The notes beneath the pieces are model-generated. The model did no database searches and had not been told where the DNA came from. It saw nothing but the letters and a program-made list of their open reading frames with translations. DNA of 63,926 nucleotides, filler included, from Octopus bimaculoides (taxonomy: Eukaryota), in assembly GCF_001194135.2 (NCBI RefSeq). It is 4 parts of 4 records of this genome, joined end to end, with 100 filler letters (N's around TTAATTAATTAA, not from the genome) between each part and the next. Parts side by side here need not be neighbours in the genome. Positions count along the whole stretch, not along the records: positions 37,214 to 62,521 come from NC_069000.1; 3 more parts are not named here. The stretch is one strand, 5' to 3'. Positions 48,528 through 61,789 of this stretch are shown in pieces. The position numbers were made by a program, and so were the translations under genes. Every line of letters starts with the position of its first letter. Positions within the stretch are counted from its first letter, which is position 1.

Positions 48528-48900
48528 TTGTTGTTGTTGTTGGCACTCCGTCGCTTACAATGTTGAGGGTTCCAGTTGATCCGATCAACGGAACAGCCTG
48601 CTTGTGAAATTAACGTGCAAGTGGCTGAGCACTCCACAGACACGTGTACCCTTAACATAGTTCTCGGGGAGATTCAGCGTGACACAGTGTGACAAGGCTG
48701 GCCCTTTGAAATACAGGTACAACAGAAACAGGAAGAAAGAGCGAGAGAAAGTTGTGGTTAGCCACCGACCCCTGCCGGAGCCTCGTGGAACTTTAGGTGT
48801 TTTCGCTCAATAAACACTTACAACGCCCGGTCTGGGAATTGAAACCGCGTTCCTATGCTGCGAGTCCGCTGCCCTAACCACTGGGCCATTGCGCCTCCAC
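48528..48900 (-). mobile_element. Full-length tRNA-derived SINE, (AAC)n tail
   Basis: Head GTGGAGGCGCAATGGCCCAGTGGTTAGG. Same family as 25078-25438 with more CpGs retained. Confidence 0.9.
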
Positions 48901-49865
48901 TAATATATACTGTAAATATCATATCCTTAATACTTTTGCATGTGAAGAAATTAAACAACAATACAAAGAACTTTTCCTGGGTTAGTAAAAAGAGTTGTTA
49001 GATAAGACAATTAATTACTTTGAATCTGTTGTTGACAGGAGAGATAGATACCTCAGAACTTTTTACAATCATTTGTCTCATTTTTCAAAAATAATTGCCA
49101 TCAGGAGTGCATGCTATTGCTCTATTTATAAGAGCTAGACATGTTGTAAGGGAGTTTGATGATAACCTATGACATGGTAACAATTACTTGGTTATTGTAA
49201 TGTAGGCTTGCATGCCAAGTAAATGCACAAGAATGTGCCCCATGCTTTCTTTTATGGGTCTCCATGGGATTTAAGAGAGTTGCTACAAAAACAGTTTTCT
49301 TCATTCATTCATTGCTTTCCAATCCCTCACAACTCTTCTCATCTTTTACTTCCAGTCATGTAGTTGCTGCAGTTGTTGTTGTTGTTGTTTGTTGTTGTTG
49401 TTGTTTGTTGTTGTTGTTGTTCTGGCTCCCTCCCACAAAATTTCAGGCCTTGTACCTAGAGTAGAAAAGTGGTATGTTTATGTGAATAAGGAAGTTGTTA
49501 TATGATAACTTGGTAACTTGACTAGCTAAAATTAACAACTAAATATCCTTATCCTGTTAGAAAAGGATCAAGGATATGCAGAAAGATTATTGCAGTTGTT
49601 GCTTTACCCTGGGTCAGCCCTGACTGGAGCAAATCTATGATGAAAATCATTCTGTGAACAGCCCATATTTTTACTTATATGTAGGGAATCCAGTGTGTCC
49701 TTTTCTATGGTGTGCAAGTGTGATTTGATGAGATTTCGCTATTGTTTCTAGCTCTTAAATGACCACGTAGAGATTCTCTCATTGGCTCAAACTTAAATGT
49801 TATTTACTTGCTGTCACTGTTCTTGCCCTTGTTATTGCTTGCTAATTTTGTAATTACTTCAGCTG

Positions 49866-49897
49866 TAATAGTAGTAGTAGTAGTGGTGGTGGTGGTG

Positions 49898-49946
<49 letters not shown>

Positions 49947-50079
49947 NNNNNNNNNNNNNNNNNNNNNNNNNNNNNNNNNNNNNNNNNNNNNNNNNNNNNN
50001 NNNNNNNNNNNNNNNNNNNNNNNNNNNNNNNNNNNNNNNNNNNNNNNNNNNNNNNNNNNNNNNNNNNNNNNNNNNNGTA

Positions 50080-50167
<88 letters not shown>
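49866..50167. repeat. (GTA)n/(GTG)n/(GCA)n compound microsatellite
   Basis: Seen directly, with an internal gap. Confidence 0.95.
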
Positions 50168-50754
50168 TTTATTTAAATCCTGTTAATAAATAAATAAATA
50201 ATATTAATAATGTTGTAAAAGACTCCAGGGAGACCACCTTTATGAAATGTGGTCTGCTTGAGCACGGGGCCCCTTCAGCGTGGGGCCTGATTGAGAGCAA
50301 TTGGTTCAATCGGCTTAAGGCCAGCCCTGATGGTATGTATACTCGTTATGGAACTTTGCATTTGCTTACTTTATGACTGTCTTGAATAAATGTTTTATAT
50401 TTGTGAGAGAAGAAAATGCAAAAACAGCCCTGATGCCTTATACCATATTTGCGGATGTTACACTTTATGTAGGTAGCAAAACGAACTCCTATGATATCTA
50501 ATTTAACATTTTGTGTAATATATGTTCAACAATAAAAAGTACTATGTGGTTTGTGTTGTTAGTTTCTTATTTCAGTTTTGTATTTAATGACAAAATTGAC
50601 ATTTTTTGGGTAAAAAATTAATTCCTGTTTTCAAAAAATACTTGACGTGATAGAAAATTTCTGGGGGCATTTCTGAACCCAGCACTATCAAATTAGGTAG
50701 GACTAATTGTAAAAGGCAAAACAAATAAAAATTTCTTCAGAAATGTTCCCCAGG

Positions 50755-51274
50755 AGTAGCTGTGTGGTAAGTAGCTTGCTTACCAACCACATGGTTCCGG
50801 GTTCAGTCCCATTGCGTGGCATCTTGGGCAAGTGTCTCCTACTATAGCCTCGGGCCGACCAAAGCCTTGTGAGTGGATTTGGTAGATGGAAACTGAAAGA
50901 AGCCCGTCGTATATATATTCTCCTTGTCTCCGTATTCTTTCTGTTGAAGAGCGTAGCTCGAAACGTCAAAGACTTTCCGTATTCCCGAGCGTCATACTAA
51001 TATATACTTTTGTTATTTACACCACCTGTCCTCGTCTGTTGTTATTATTTGTATATTCTCCCATATATATATATATATATATATANNNNNNNNNNNNNNN
51101 NNNNNNNNNNNNNNNNNNNNNNNNNNNNNNNNNNNNNNNNNNNNNNNNNNNNNNNNNNNNNNNNNNNNNNNNNNNNNNNNNNNNNNNNNNNNNNNNNNNN
51201 NNNNNNNNNNNNNNNNNNNNNNNNNNNNNNNNNNNNNNNNNNNNNNNNNNNNNNNNNNNNNNNNNNNNNNNNNN

Positions 51275-51315
<41 letters not shown>

Positions 51316-51535
51316 GTGTGTGTGTGTGTGTTTGTGTTTGTCCCCCTAGCATTGCTTGACAACCAATGCTGGTGTATTTATGTCTCTGTCACTTAGCGGT
51401 TTGGCAAAAGAGACCGATAGAATAAGTACCAGGCTTACAAAGAATAAGTCCCAGGGTCGATTTGTTCGACTAAAGGCAGTACTCCAGCATGGCCACAGTC
51501 AAATGACTGAAACAAGTAAAAGAGTAAAAGAGTAA
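50755..51535 (+). mobile_element. tRNA-derived SINE interrupted by a hammerhead-bearing repeat
   Basis: Head to 50910, insert 50918-51062, TA tract and gap, then SINE body and tail gtcaaatgactgaaacaagtaaaagag. Confidence 0.85.
50936..50972 (+). ncRNA. Minimal type I hammerhead-like motif with A6U core variant
   Basis: TCTTT / CTGTTGA / A / GAGC-GTA-GCTC / GAAA-C-GT-C / AAAGA. Helix I has 5 Watson-Crick pairs, helix II has 4, helix III is the palindrome ACGU, and the site is GUC. Confidence 0.6.
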
Positions 51536-52985
51536 GAGAGAGAGAGAGTGTTATCAATGAAATAATAAAAACAGCTGACCAGTCCTATTACTTACAGACA
51601 GACAATACAATTGTGCTTATTCTGAGAGTAAACCAAAGAAAAAAAACTTGAAGTGATTGAAGAAAACTGGCAGTAGTTTTGAAACCAGCATGTTAATTTG
51701 AGTCTAAACCAAGGGAAAAAGCAAACTCAACAGAAATTATGTTCAAAATTGTTCTCCTGTGTTATCTGTCTGGTCTGCTGGATGTATGACAGGGTATAAA
51801 TACTCTGTCTTTCAAACCAGCTCCCTAGAATCTAGCTGAATGGTCGACTACTGCATGTCATCGGTCAGCTTGACCATAGCTGACCTGGGTCAATGCAACA
51901 AACAACTACCTGAAAGCAGACATATTACTGTTGCATGGATACTCTAAATGGCAACTCTTTCTGCCAAAATAGCAGCCAAATTTCCCTCAAATTGCATTCA
52001 GACATCATCATCATCATTTAACATCCCCTTTCCATGCTAGCATGGGTTAGACAGTTTGACTGGAACTGGTAAGCCAGAGGGCTGCACCAGGTCCCAGTCT
52101 GATTTGGCATGGTTTCTATGGCTGGATGCCCTTCCTAATGCTATTCTATCTACTTACAAAGGAAGAACACATTGAATTATTTAGTCTTAGATACACTATA
52201 TCTGAACAAAAGGGAGATTTCATGATTCTCGATTAATAAAACATTTAGGATCATATGCCTGTTTGATCAGGGATGACCAGATTCTACACAACAATAACTT
52301 AAATCTAGGTGAATCTAGCCATGTGTGTGCTGATCATAGACAGTGCTGTGTCTATAACAAGATATGAACTACCAATGTTGTGGTTATTACATCTAGTAAT
52401 CTATTACTACTGTCTCCGGATCACTTTTATTCTTCACCTTGTTGTTTGTTTGAGATGGAGTAGCAATCACAGTTTCAGTTCTAACTGGCAGCTGTAATTT
52501 CAGTTTGCTTACCTGTCTGGTTGGTGACTAAGTAAGGTTTAGCCGTTGGAAATGTGTGCATTAGGGTTGGGGNNNNNNNNNNNNNNNNNNNNNNNNNNNN
52601 NNNNNNNNNNAATAAGGTATAGACAAAGAAGTCACATGAAAAGATAAGGAGAGAAAAAGAGAGACAGGAAAATGGTAGGTGAGGTAAGAGATGTAGAAAG
52701 AAAAATAAATAAGGGAGAGAGATATGGGGGGTTGGGGCGAGAGGGTGGGGGTGAGAGAGAGAAGGGAGCCGATGATGAAGAAATAGAGAATTCATGTGAC
52801 AGAAAGAGCATAAATTTGATCTTGAAATGGAGCAAACATTTCTCTTAATTTATCTGTATGGTCTTGTCTGTCTGTTTGTCACTCAAATGTGATTAAGACA
52901 AATTCCTGAGTCAATGACCTGAGACATGTGACATGAGGTCAAGTACCTACATTTTAAAATCATTTTAGAGACTTTTATAATAGTT

Positions 52986-53110
<125 letters not shown>

Positions 53111-54331
53111 ACATGATAACAATAGTGACAACCAAAACAGCAACAGTAGCAATTACAGTGACAACAATAACAAACCATTGGACAACAAAGCTTGTTTAAT
53201 CTAAAAATACTTTTCTTTCCTTCCATCCCACTCACATCTTCTCCCATTTCCTCTCTCTCTCTCCATCTATTTCCTTTCTAACTCTTTCCTTCTTTCTCAT
53301 ATTAACCTTCCAAACTTCTTTCTGCCCCCATTTACTTTCTCAACTTCACTCAAGCTCTTACTTCGTCACCAACCTCACTCAAGTTTCTGTGTTTTTTTAG
53401 ATTTTTACTCAAACTCTGTTTGTGATTTCACTCCTCTCTCTCTCTCTCTCTCTCCCTTTCACTATTTCATTGTCAAAGTTTATCAAAATGGAATGGATGT
53501 TCTGTAACCCTTGAGATCATGGAGCATTTTATCATCCTGTTGTATCATCAACATCAATTTAATCCGTGGGAACCTTCTGCAATCTATATTTACAGACTAA
53601 TTTGATCCCTACCCAACAACTTACCACACTACAGCACTCATCACTTACTGTCTCTTATATCTGTTGCATATTATACATACATAAACAATATGCTCATTTA
53701 AATATAAACTGTAACTGTTCATAAGTTCCTTTAGTTCACTATTTTGTATATCTTTAATCTTGTCATTCAATTGTCATATGTCACTAGATATTTGGTGGCA
53801 TATCATTTAGAAAATATTCTAAAGTGTTTTGCCTAAAGAAGTAGCCCTTTATGAAAACGTGAACTCGCAGCATGATGTTACATGATATTACATGTCAAGC
53901 TATATAATGAACCCATGTTCTGAATAAAATCACGACAGAAACATATGTAGCAATACCCAAAATACCCATTCATTTTATTCTTATTACTATATGTATATAT
54001 ATATNNNNNNNNNNNNNNNNNNNNNNNNNNNNNNNNNNNNNNNNNNNNNNNNNNNNNNNNNNNNNNNNNNNNNNNNNNNNNNNNNNNNNNNNNNNNNNNN
54101 NNNNNNNNNNNNNNNNNNNNNNNNNNNNNNNNNNNNNNNNNNNNNNNNNNNNNNNNNNNNNNNNNNNNNNNNNNNNNNNNNNNNNNNNNNNNNNNNNNNN
54201 NNNNNNNNNNNNNNNNNNNNNNNNNNNNNNNNNNNNNNNNNNNNNNNNNNNNNNNNNNNNNNNNNNNNNNNNNNNNNNNNNNNNNNNNNNNNNNNNNNNN
54301 NNNNNNNNNNNNNNNNNNNNNNNNNNNNNNN

Positions 54332-54363
<32 letters not shown>

Positions 54364-54364
54364 G

Positions 54365-54745
54365 ACAGGCTTCTTTCAGTTACTTATTTCTTTATTGCCC
54401 ACAAGGGGCTAAACATAGAGGGAACAAACAAGGACAGACAAAGGGATTAAGTCGATTACATCGACCCCAGTGCGTAACTGGTACTTGATTTATCGACCCG
54501 GAAAGGATGAAAGGCAAAGTGGACCTCGACGGAATTTGAACTCAGAACATAACGGCAGACAAAATACTGCTAAGCATTTTGCCTTGTGTGCTAACGTTTC
54601 TACCAGCTCACTGCCTTTTCAGTTTCTGCCAACCAAATCCACTCACAAGGCTTTTGTCAGTCTGAGGCTATAGTAGAAGACACTCACCCAAAGCACCACA
54701 CTGTGAGACTGACCCTGCAACCAAGCTTCTTACCACACAGCCACA
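54365..54745 (-). mobile_element. Two adjacent SINE fragments
   Basis: 54400-54620 carries atcgaccccagt...actggtact...atcgaccc. 54620-54745 is the reverse complement of the 21660/33818 family head. Confidence 0.7.
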
Positions 54746-56049
54746 ACTGTATGTTGTTGATGTTCTTTATAAACTTTGAGAGCATGTGAAATAATAATTC
54801 TTTTTTTGAAACAGTGTATCTTAAAGTAAATAGAGCTATAAATAATCATATGTCAATATTGGGTTGAGAACCCTTGCAGCCTTTATCTTTCTCTATCCAA
54901 AGGGTTTTAACCCCAAACTTATATGCCATTATTTATAGCTTTATTTGCTTCAAGATTCACTGTCCTAAAAAAGAATTAAATATCATCATCATCATCCTTT
55001 AATGACTGTTTTCCATGCTGATATGGGTTGGATAGTTTGAGAAGAGCTGGCAAACCGGAGAGCTGCAGCAGGTTCCAGTCTCATTTGGCCTGGTTTCTAC
55101 AGCTGGATGCCTTTCCTAATGCCAACCACTTTATAGAGTTTTTTTATGTGGCACCAGCACAGGTAGTTTTATGCGGCACCAGCATAGGTACTTTTTACAT
55201 GGCACTGGCACAGGGCTCTTGCAGGCCAATCCTCTTCAGCAGGGGAAGTGGGATTAACAATTCTGCTGTGGAGGATGGGTCTTCTTGAGCACACAGCAAG
55301 GTGCCAAGCAAGGAAAATAGAAGTTAAATTGACATTACAATTGTTTCCATAAATGGACAATATTTCCATTCCATATCTCATGCAATGTTATGCAATAAAT
55401 ACAATGTTTTGCATTACAAGAGATAACATATGGAAAGATGTAATAATTCTGTAGCCCATTCATTTCCTCAGATGTCATAATTTGAAGGAACAATTGACCA
55501 AATGAATATTAGGATGAATTCATTTGGGTGTATCACAATATTCAAATAGATTGAACACTTATAAATTTCACTTGATATCTATTGTTGGTTTTAAGACAAT
55601 AAATCTTAATAAAGTTAAAATAAGCCAGTTGGAATTTATCTTATAGATCAATATTATCTATAACATAAATTCCAACCAGTTTCATATCAACTCCATTTTT
55701 GACTTACTTTTATTGCTTTTATTATTCACTGTGTGGAACTTATTTTAAGCCTACTGGATGTCACCACAGAGTTGTGTAGTGCATCCATTTATATCAATTG
55801 AAGTCTTACAGATGTCCTTTTGATTTTGGAATACTGCACTACCTTTGATGAAGCTACTGAAAATATTTACAAAGTGGACACAGGAATAACTATGTAGTTT
55901 AAGGTTTGATCACATTGTGTAAAACTTTTTGAACCAGTGTCTTCTATCAGAGTAAACAGAAACTGCATCAAAGAGATCATTCCTGTTTTTTGGTGGTAGC
56001 TTTACTAGTGCTATTTTAAAGTGTGGTTTACAGCAGTATATGTGAGGTA

Positions 56050-56150
56050 ACCTGACCTGGGTTAGGATTAGGGTTTAGGCTTAGACTTAGAATTAGGGTT
56101 TAGGGATAGGATTAGGGTTAGACTGCAGGCTAAATTGTAAATGGTCAGGT
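56050..56150. repeat. Degenerate TTAGGG-like tract between short inverted repeats
   Basis: ACCTGACC 56050-56057, GGTCAGGT 56143-56150, variant TTAGGG units 56059-56122. Confidence 0.6.
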
Positions 56151-56954
56151 AGACTGTATGCTAAAGTGGCACCACTTAATCTGCTACTCAGTTTAACACC
56201 TCAGTCTGGCCCTAGTGTATGCCCTTAGCAGAATCCAGTCACTTGTCTGAATCCAGTTACTTGTCTGAAGATAACTTCCTCACATTTTTCTGCCAATCTG
56301 AGAGGATCTGAAAATGGTTATGGGTGTAGCTTTTCCTCTAAGCTCTGGAAAAGAAATTTGGATTCAATCTCACTCTTACTCTTTTTATACTCTTTTATTT
56401 AACCTCTTTAATCCCACTTCCTTCATCTACTCATAACTCTCTCACCAGCTTTCTGTCTGTCTCGCCCTCTCTTTAACTCTCATTCTCTTGTATAAACAGT
56501 CACATTACTTCCTTATCTTCTTTGTCTTCACTCACTCCTTCTGGTTCACATACTCATGCACATATATATATTTGACTCATGGCTTCTTCCCACAATCACC
56601 ACCACCTTCAACCCGGCATAAATATACACACACACAATCATTTCTACATACTCACACAAACATGTTTATGTGCGCACACGGACGCGCGAGCACCCACATA
56701 CACAATATTATTCATAGTTATGCAAACACACACACATGAAAGCTTCTCCTTCTTGGCAGAGACCACTATGGCATGAAGAGAATGAAAGCTAACAGTTTTA
56801 TTTCATTAACAATCCCAGGCAATCTAGACTAGATAACCTGAATCTCAGTGCACTAGGGCAGTGACAAGCAAAAGCATTCTATCCAGAGTCCTCCCACAAT
56901 ATTAACACCAGACATGAACATACAATCAAGGTGTTACAAGAACAATATTTTAGT

Positions 56955-57245
56955 AGCCTGCACTCTTAACCCCAAGGTTCCGAGTTCGATTCACGGCAGC
57001 GACCTGATTAATAATAGTAATAATAATAATAATAATATAATAATGATAATATAATAATAATAATAGTAACATCGATAGGAATGAGAACCCAGGTTCGAAA
57101 TTTCCCCAAGACACCTGACGAAGGCTGGAGGGTATATCAGCCGAAACGTTGTGTTAACAACAAACAAGATGAGGACGAATATCCGTCAAATGTAAATAAT
57201 GTAAATAATGTAAATAATTCCTCATCTCTTAAATATAGAACTGTA
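56955..57245 (+). mobile_element. PLE-terminus-like repeat: tRNA-like T-arm, (TAA)n, hammerhead, (TGTAAATAA)3
   Basis: CCGAGTTCGATTCACGG near 56980-56996, TAA tract to about 57070, hammerhead at 57110-57155, 9-bp repeats near 57191-57217. Confidence 0.7.
57110..57155 (+). ncRNA. Minimal type I hammerhead ribozyme, canonical core
   Basis: GACAC(57110-14) CTGACGA(15-21) A GGCTG(23-27) loop CAGCC(38-42) GAAA(43-46) C-GT-T GTGTT(51-55). All core bases are present and helices I and II pair. Helix III is the ACGU palindrome. Predicted cut after 57150. Confidence 0.8.
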
Positions 57246-57552
57246 CAATATAAATGTATTACTTTCCAGTCAAATAAAGTAGAAGAAAAGTATCTAGCAA
57301 CATTTGAAATATTGTCCAGGTAAATCTAGCTGAAGACGACTAATCAAATTTATGATAAACGTATTTGAAAAGTCTAAAACCTAGGTACTAGATTATCTGA
57401 TTCTGATTTGTTCATTTATCTAATGTTCTTCCTATGTTCGCTTCCGCACACATCTTTGCCAGTATATATATACAGTGAAACTTTACTGTAGCGTTGTAAA
57501 TTTATCAACTGCTATTTCCAGGAAACATTATTGCCTTGTTGTACCATTATTC

Positions 57553-57598
<46 letters not shown>

Positions 57599-58249
57599 TA
57601 ATAACAATAAATGGAGCAAAACGTATTATTGTTATTATTCATATCTACTCAAAATGCATCGCTTTAACTTGGTATCTCTACCTATAAAACGGGTGTGATA
57701 TCCTGTTTTTTTTGTATGATTTTTGCTACCCATGGTAACTATTAACATATTTACATTGTCAAGGTTTTTGTTTTAACTGAGATAATATTAATATATACAT
57801 AAACTTNNNNNNNNNNNNNNNNNNNNNNNNNNNNNNNNNNNNNNNNNNTATATATATATATATATATATATCATCATCATCATTATCATCATCATCATCA
57901 TCATCAACATTTAATGTCCATGTTCCATGCTGGCGTTGGTTGGATGCTTTGAGAAGAACCAATATACTCAAGGACTGCATTGAATTCATATGTATATATA
58001 TATATATGTATGTATGTATGTACAGACACACATACATGCACAAACACACACACACACACACACACATACACACACTCACATGGTCACTCCAGTTTTATCT
58101 TGCTTTAATCCCCTACACGTTGGACTTACATATCTCAACTACTGCTTGAATGTTATGCACCTCTCCTCACCTACATACCAACACTCTACATGAATTACCA
58201 CTTACAGATATACTTACAGATTTCACTGGACTTTTCCATTGATGAAAAA

Positions 58250-58510
58250 TTGCTCCAATATACCACAACGTTTGAACATTTTTTAACTTTCTGTTTGGAT
58301 TGGAATGTGGTTGGATAGCCACTTCTTGCATCATTCACAGAGCCTGTGGTCATCAGCTTTTCATGACAACTTTTTATTGTCTCTGGATGTCGTATTGTGT
58401 GCTTACTTTTCCATGCACACCACTATCTCCGAACCAGAACAATGGAATTCTACATGCTGTTATCTTAACTCGCTCCTGAACAGTCAAGCGACTGGACATC
58501 TGGAGAATAA
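58250..58510 (-). mobile_element. Tc1/mariner transposase N-terminal fragment
   Basis: MSSRLTVQERVKI ... TIKSCHEKLMTTGSVNDARSGYPTT (frameshifted) resembles the KF-x-TGSV-x-D-x-RSGRP linker. Confidence 0.6.
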
Positions 58511-59205
58511 GAAACAAGAAATAAGACAATAAAAAAATAAGAAATCTTCATTAGTGTTGTCTGTTTAAAAAATGTTTTCGTCATGACTTTAGTGGTACTT
58601 AAAATTCTGTAAGCAATTTCTAATGTCCAGTTACTTTCCCCTATGGATGTGCATATGTGTGTGTGTGTGTGTGTGTATGTGTGTGTGTATATATATGTGT
58701 GTGTATGTATGTGTGTGAGTCTGTGTGTGTTTATATAAGTATTACATGTTTATAAACGTATATACATGCATGTATATATACATATATGTTTATATATGTA
58801 TGCATGTATGTGTGTCTGTGTGTATGTATATAGCGTACATACACATAATTTTTCCCGTCTGGCTGTATAGCCTTTTCTGTTTGTTTTCCTGTCTTGTTTT
58901 TTGTCCGCCACTACATTCCTCCATGGCAAGGTTTAATTTGTGTATACAAATTTAATTTGCGGTCCATGGGAAGAGCCGTTTTAGCAATGCGTCCTGCCCA
59001 GCTCTTCGAAACGCTGGTGTTAAAACGGGGGTAGCTGATGAAGAAGAATGTTCTCTATGTGGCTTGTGTGTTTTCTCGTCTACATTTTGTTTGCAATGTC
59101 CTGTACCCAGATATGCACCTATACATACAGGTGGATGTCGGTATGCACATACCTGTACGTATATATGCATATACTCTTTTACTATTTGTTTTTATATATA
59201 TATAT

Positions 59206-59250
<45 letters not shown>

Positions 59251-59564
59251 TGTGTGTATGTGTATATGTATATACATATATGTCAAATATATTATAGAAG
59301 GAGCATTCTAGGAAATGTTTGTGGCAACAATAAAATTGATTGTTGTTGGCAATGTTATATTTTTTCCCAACCACCACCAAAACCATCTACCAAGCAGCAA
59401 AAGTTAGTGCAGGGTCATATGGTGATAGTGGTTGTGTTCATCATTGTGATATATTTGTAGTTGTAGAGATAGACTAGTAAGTGGTGTGGGGAGAGAGAGG
59501 GGTGAGAAAAAGGAAGATGGGGTGAGAAAAAGGAAGATGGAGAGAGAGAGAGAGGGAGGGAGGA

Positions 59565-59615
<51 letters not shown>

Positions 59616-59957
59616 AAAGTGAAAGTGATTAAGCAATGTAGTGTTCATAGGATTAATAAACATACTAATAGTATTGTACTCCACTTCCTAGCTCTTAGTA
59701 TCAGGATATGACCCTTCTTGATTGAAGAAGATCTATGAATGACTACTATTGTTATACTGCTATCTTTTTCACCTCATTTCCATGCTTGTATAGAAGTAAA
59801 ATGAACTGTTTTCAACTTATCCAGTCATGAGGTCCACGTCACTGTTGTTTTGTTGAGGTTTATGTGTCTCATTTCTAGACAATATACTTAATTCTGAATT
59901 GGAAATGGTAAAAATGTCTGTGCACCAGCATGACCGCAGCCACTTGGCTGAAACACA

Positions 59958-59992
<35 letters not shown>

Positions 59993-61354
59993 ATATATGT
60001 GTTTAGTTGTATTGTTCTTATTCAGTACCAGGTTGGCTCTGATTTTGAAACCTATGAACAAAATCATTTTTGCCATAACTATCCAATATGCTTTTCTTGT
60101 CAAAGTGATCCAAGAACTCCATCCATTCACCACTGTGTCATTTCTTTCTTTAAAATGGTAGGGTGTAAACTGGAGGGAGATTTAGCATCTATTTCCATTT
60201 AGCATTGATCTGTTTATTAACATGTATGTATACATGTGCTTTTGCTTACAGTTGTGACTCACCATAGCCTGTAATACATAATTATGACTATTGTAGGTTC
60301 AGTGACTGAGACTTAAGGGTCTGCCAGTTCTTCTAGTCTAGAATTATAAACCCCTGTAATGCCACCTTCTTTTTTGGAGCCTCATTGCGGTTGTTTGACT
60401 TGCAAGAAATGACAGCTAATTTTCCCTCAAATTGCAATCCGCTGTTTGAAATAAAGAAGGATATATTAGACACTACATACTCCGAAATATGAAAGGATAT
60501 GACAGTCATAGTTGGAACACTTTTGCTTGTAAATTTGATTGATCTACAACCTGCAGAAATTCTAACTAAACATTAACTGTAGTAACTTCACACTCCTGCT
60601 AGAGGCCACAAACACTGCCCTATTTCCTCATCCTGGAAAAATATTCTAAAAAAAAAAAAATAGAAAAGAATGCTTGTTGTCTAGGATGCTACAAATGAGA
60701 CTATTTCGATCAGATATAGGTCACATTAGAAAAGTATGAAGAAACGAGTGATGTAATCAATAAAATCAATCTGATTCCTGAATTATGACCAGTAAATCAA
60801 TTGGTCAGATCAAAGATTGGTAATTTTCACAAATGTTTCAAATTTTCTTTGATATTTCTCCTAAAGTTATTCTAGGCATCATTTTTCTTTCTCTCTTACA
60901 CACACACACACTTGTTTGTTTTATGCCTGTTCTTCTATGTTAGCATGGGTTAGATGAATATGTTATTGAGGCATTGTTTTCAGTTAGATGCCCCTCCTGC
61001 CAATAACCTTTACCTATTTCTCAAGTAAGGGAAATCTCATTCCATATGTCTTTGAAGATTCCATACCTTTTTCTTTCTCTTTTCATTCTTCTCTTCTCCT
61101 TCTTTCTCCTGCTTTAAGCTAGTTGGTTTTTTACACATTCAACAAACCTGCACTGGTACAAGTTTAGCTCAAATACATACATTATTAAAATTCTTCTTAT
61201 CATTCAATGGACAAGAAAATAGGTATACACTTATTCTAGTATTGACATAATCCTACAAGCAAAAACCATTTTAGCAAAAATGGTTTGAGGTAAAAATGCA
61301 TTCATACATGTTAGCATACATATGTACATACATACATACATACATACATACATA

Positions 61355-61705
61355 CATACATGACGGCCGTCCACTTGTGACCGAGGAAGACCATTGCCGA
61401 CCTTCAGGAACATTGTGCGCTCTAGGACTAACTTATATTTTGCATTTGCGGCTCCGTTGGTGGCTAATGAGCCCTGCTCTTGACAAGCATACGCGACTGC
61501 AAACATTGCAGACCAAGCTTTCCCCATTCACTATACGAGCCATGCACTTTCACACAGCTTGCTTAAGTTCTTCATGCTGGATACGTGCTCTCTCAAAAGT
61601 GTCGATCCCCTCCTTAACCTGCCTCCTCCATCCGTGGTGATGTCAGGCATTGTTCTCCCAGTCAGTGTCCTGCATATCACAGGACTTTAATGAGGACTTG
61701 ACACA
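61355..61705 (-). mobile_element. RTE/BovB-like LINE 3' end
   Basis: VKSSLKSCDMQDTDWENNA*..WRRQVKEGIDTFERAR...CNVCSRVCLSRAGLISHQRS*, then a short UTR and (TATG)n tail. Confidence 0.75.
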
Positions 61706-61789
61706 TACATACATACATACACACATACATACATACATACATACACACATACATACATACATACATACACACACACACATACATACATA

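Noticed and set aside
57328-57365. CTGAAGA...AAACGT as another hammerhead
   Set aside because: No helix II pairing and no GAAA.
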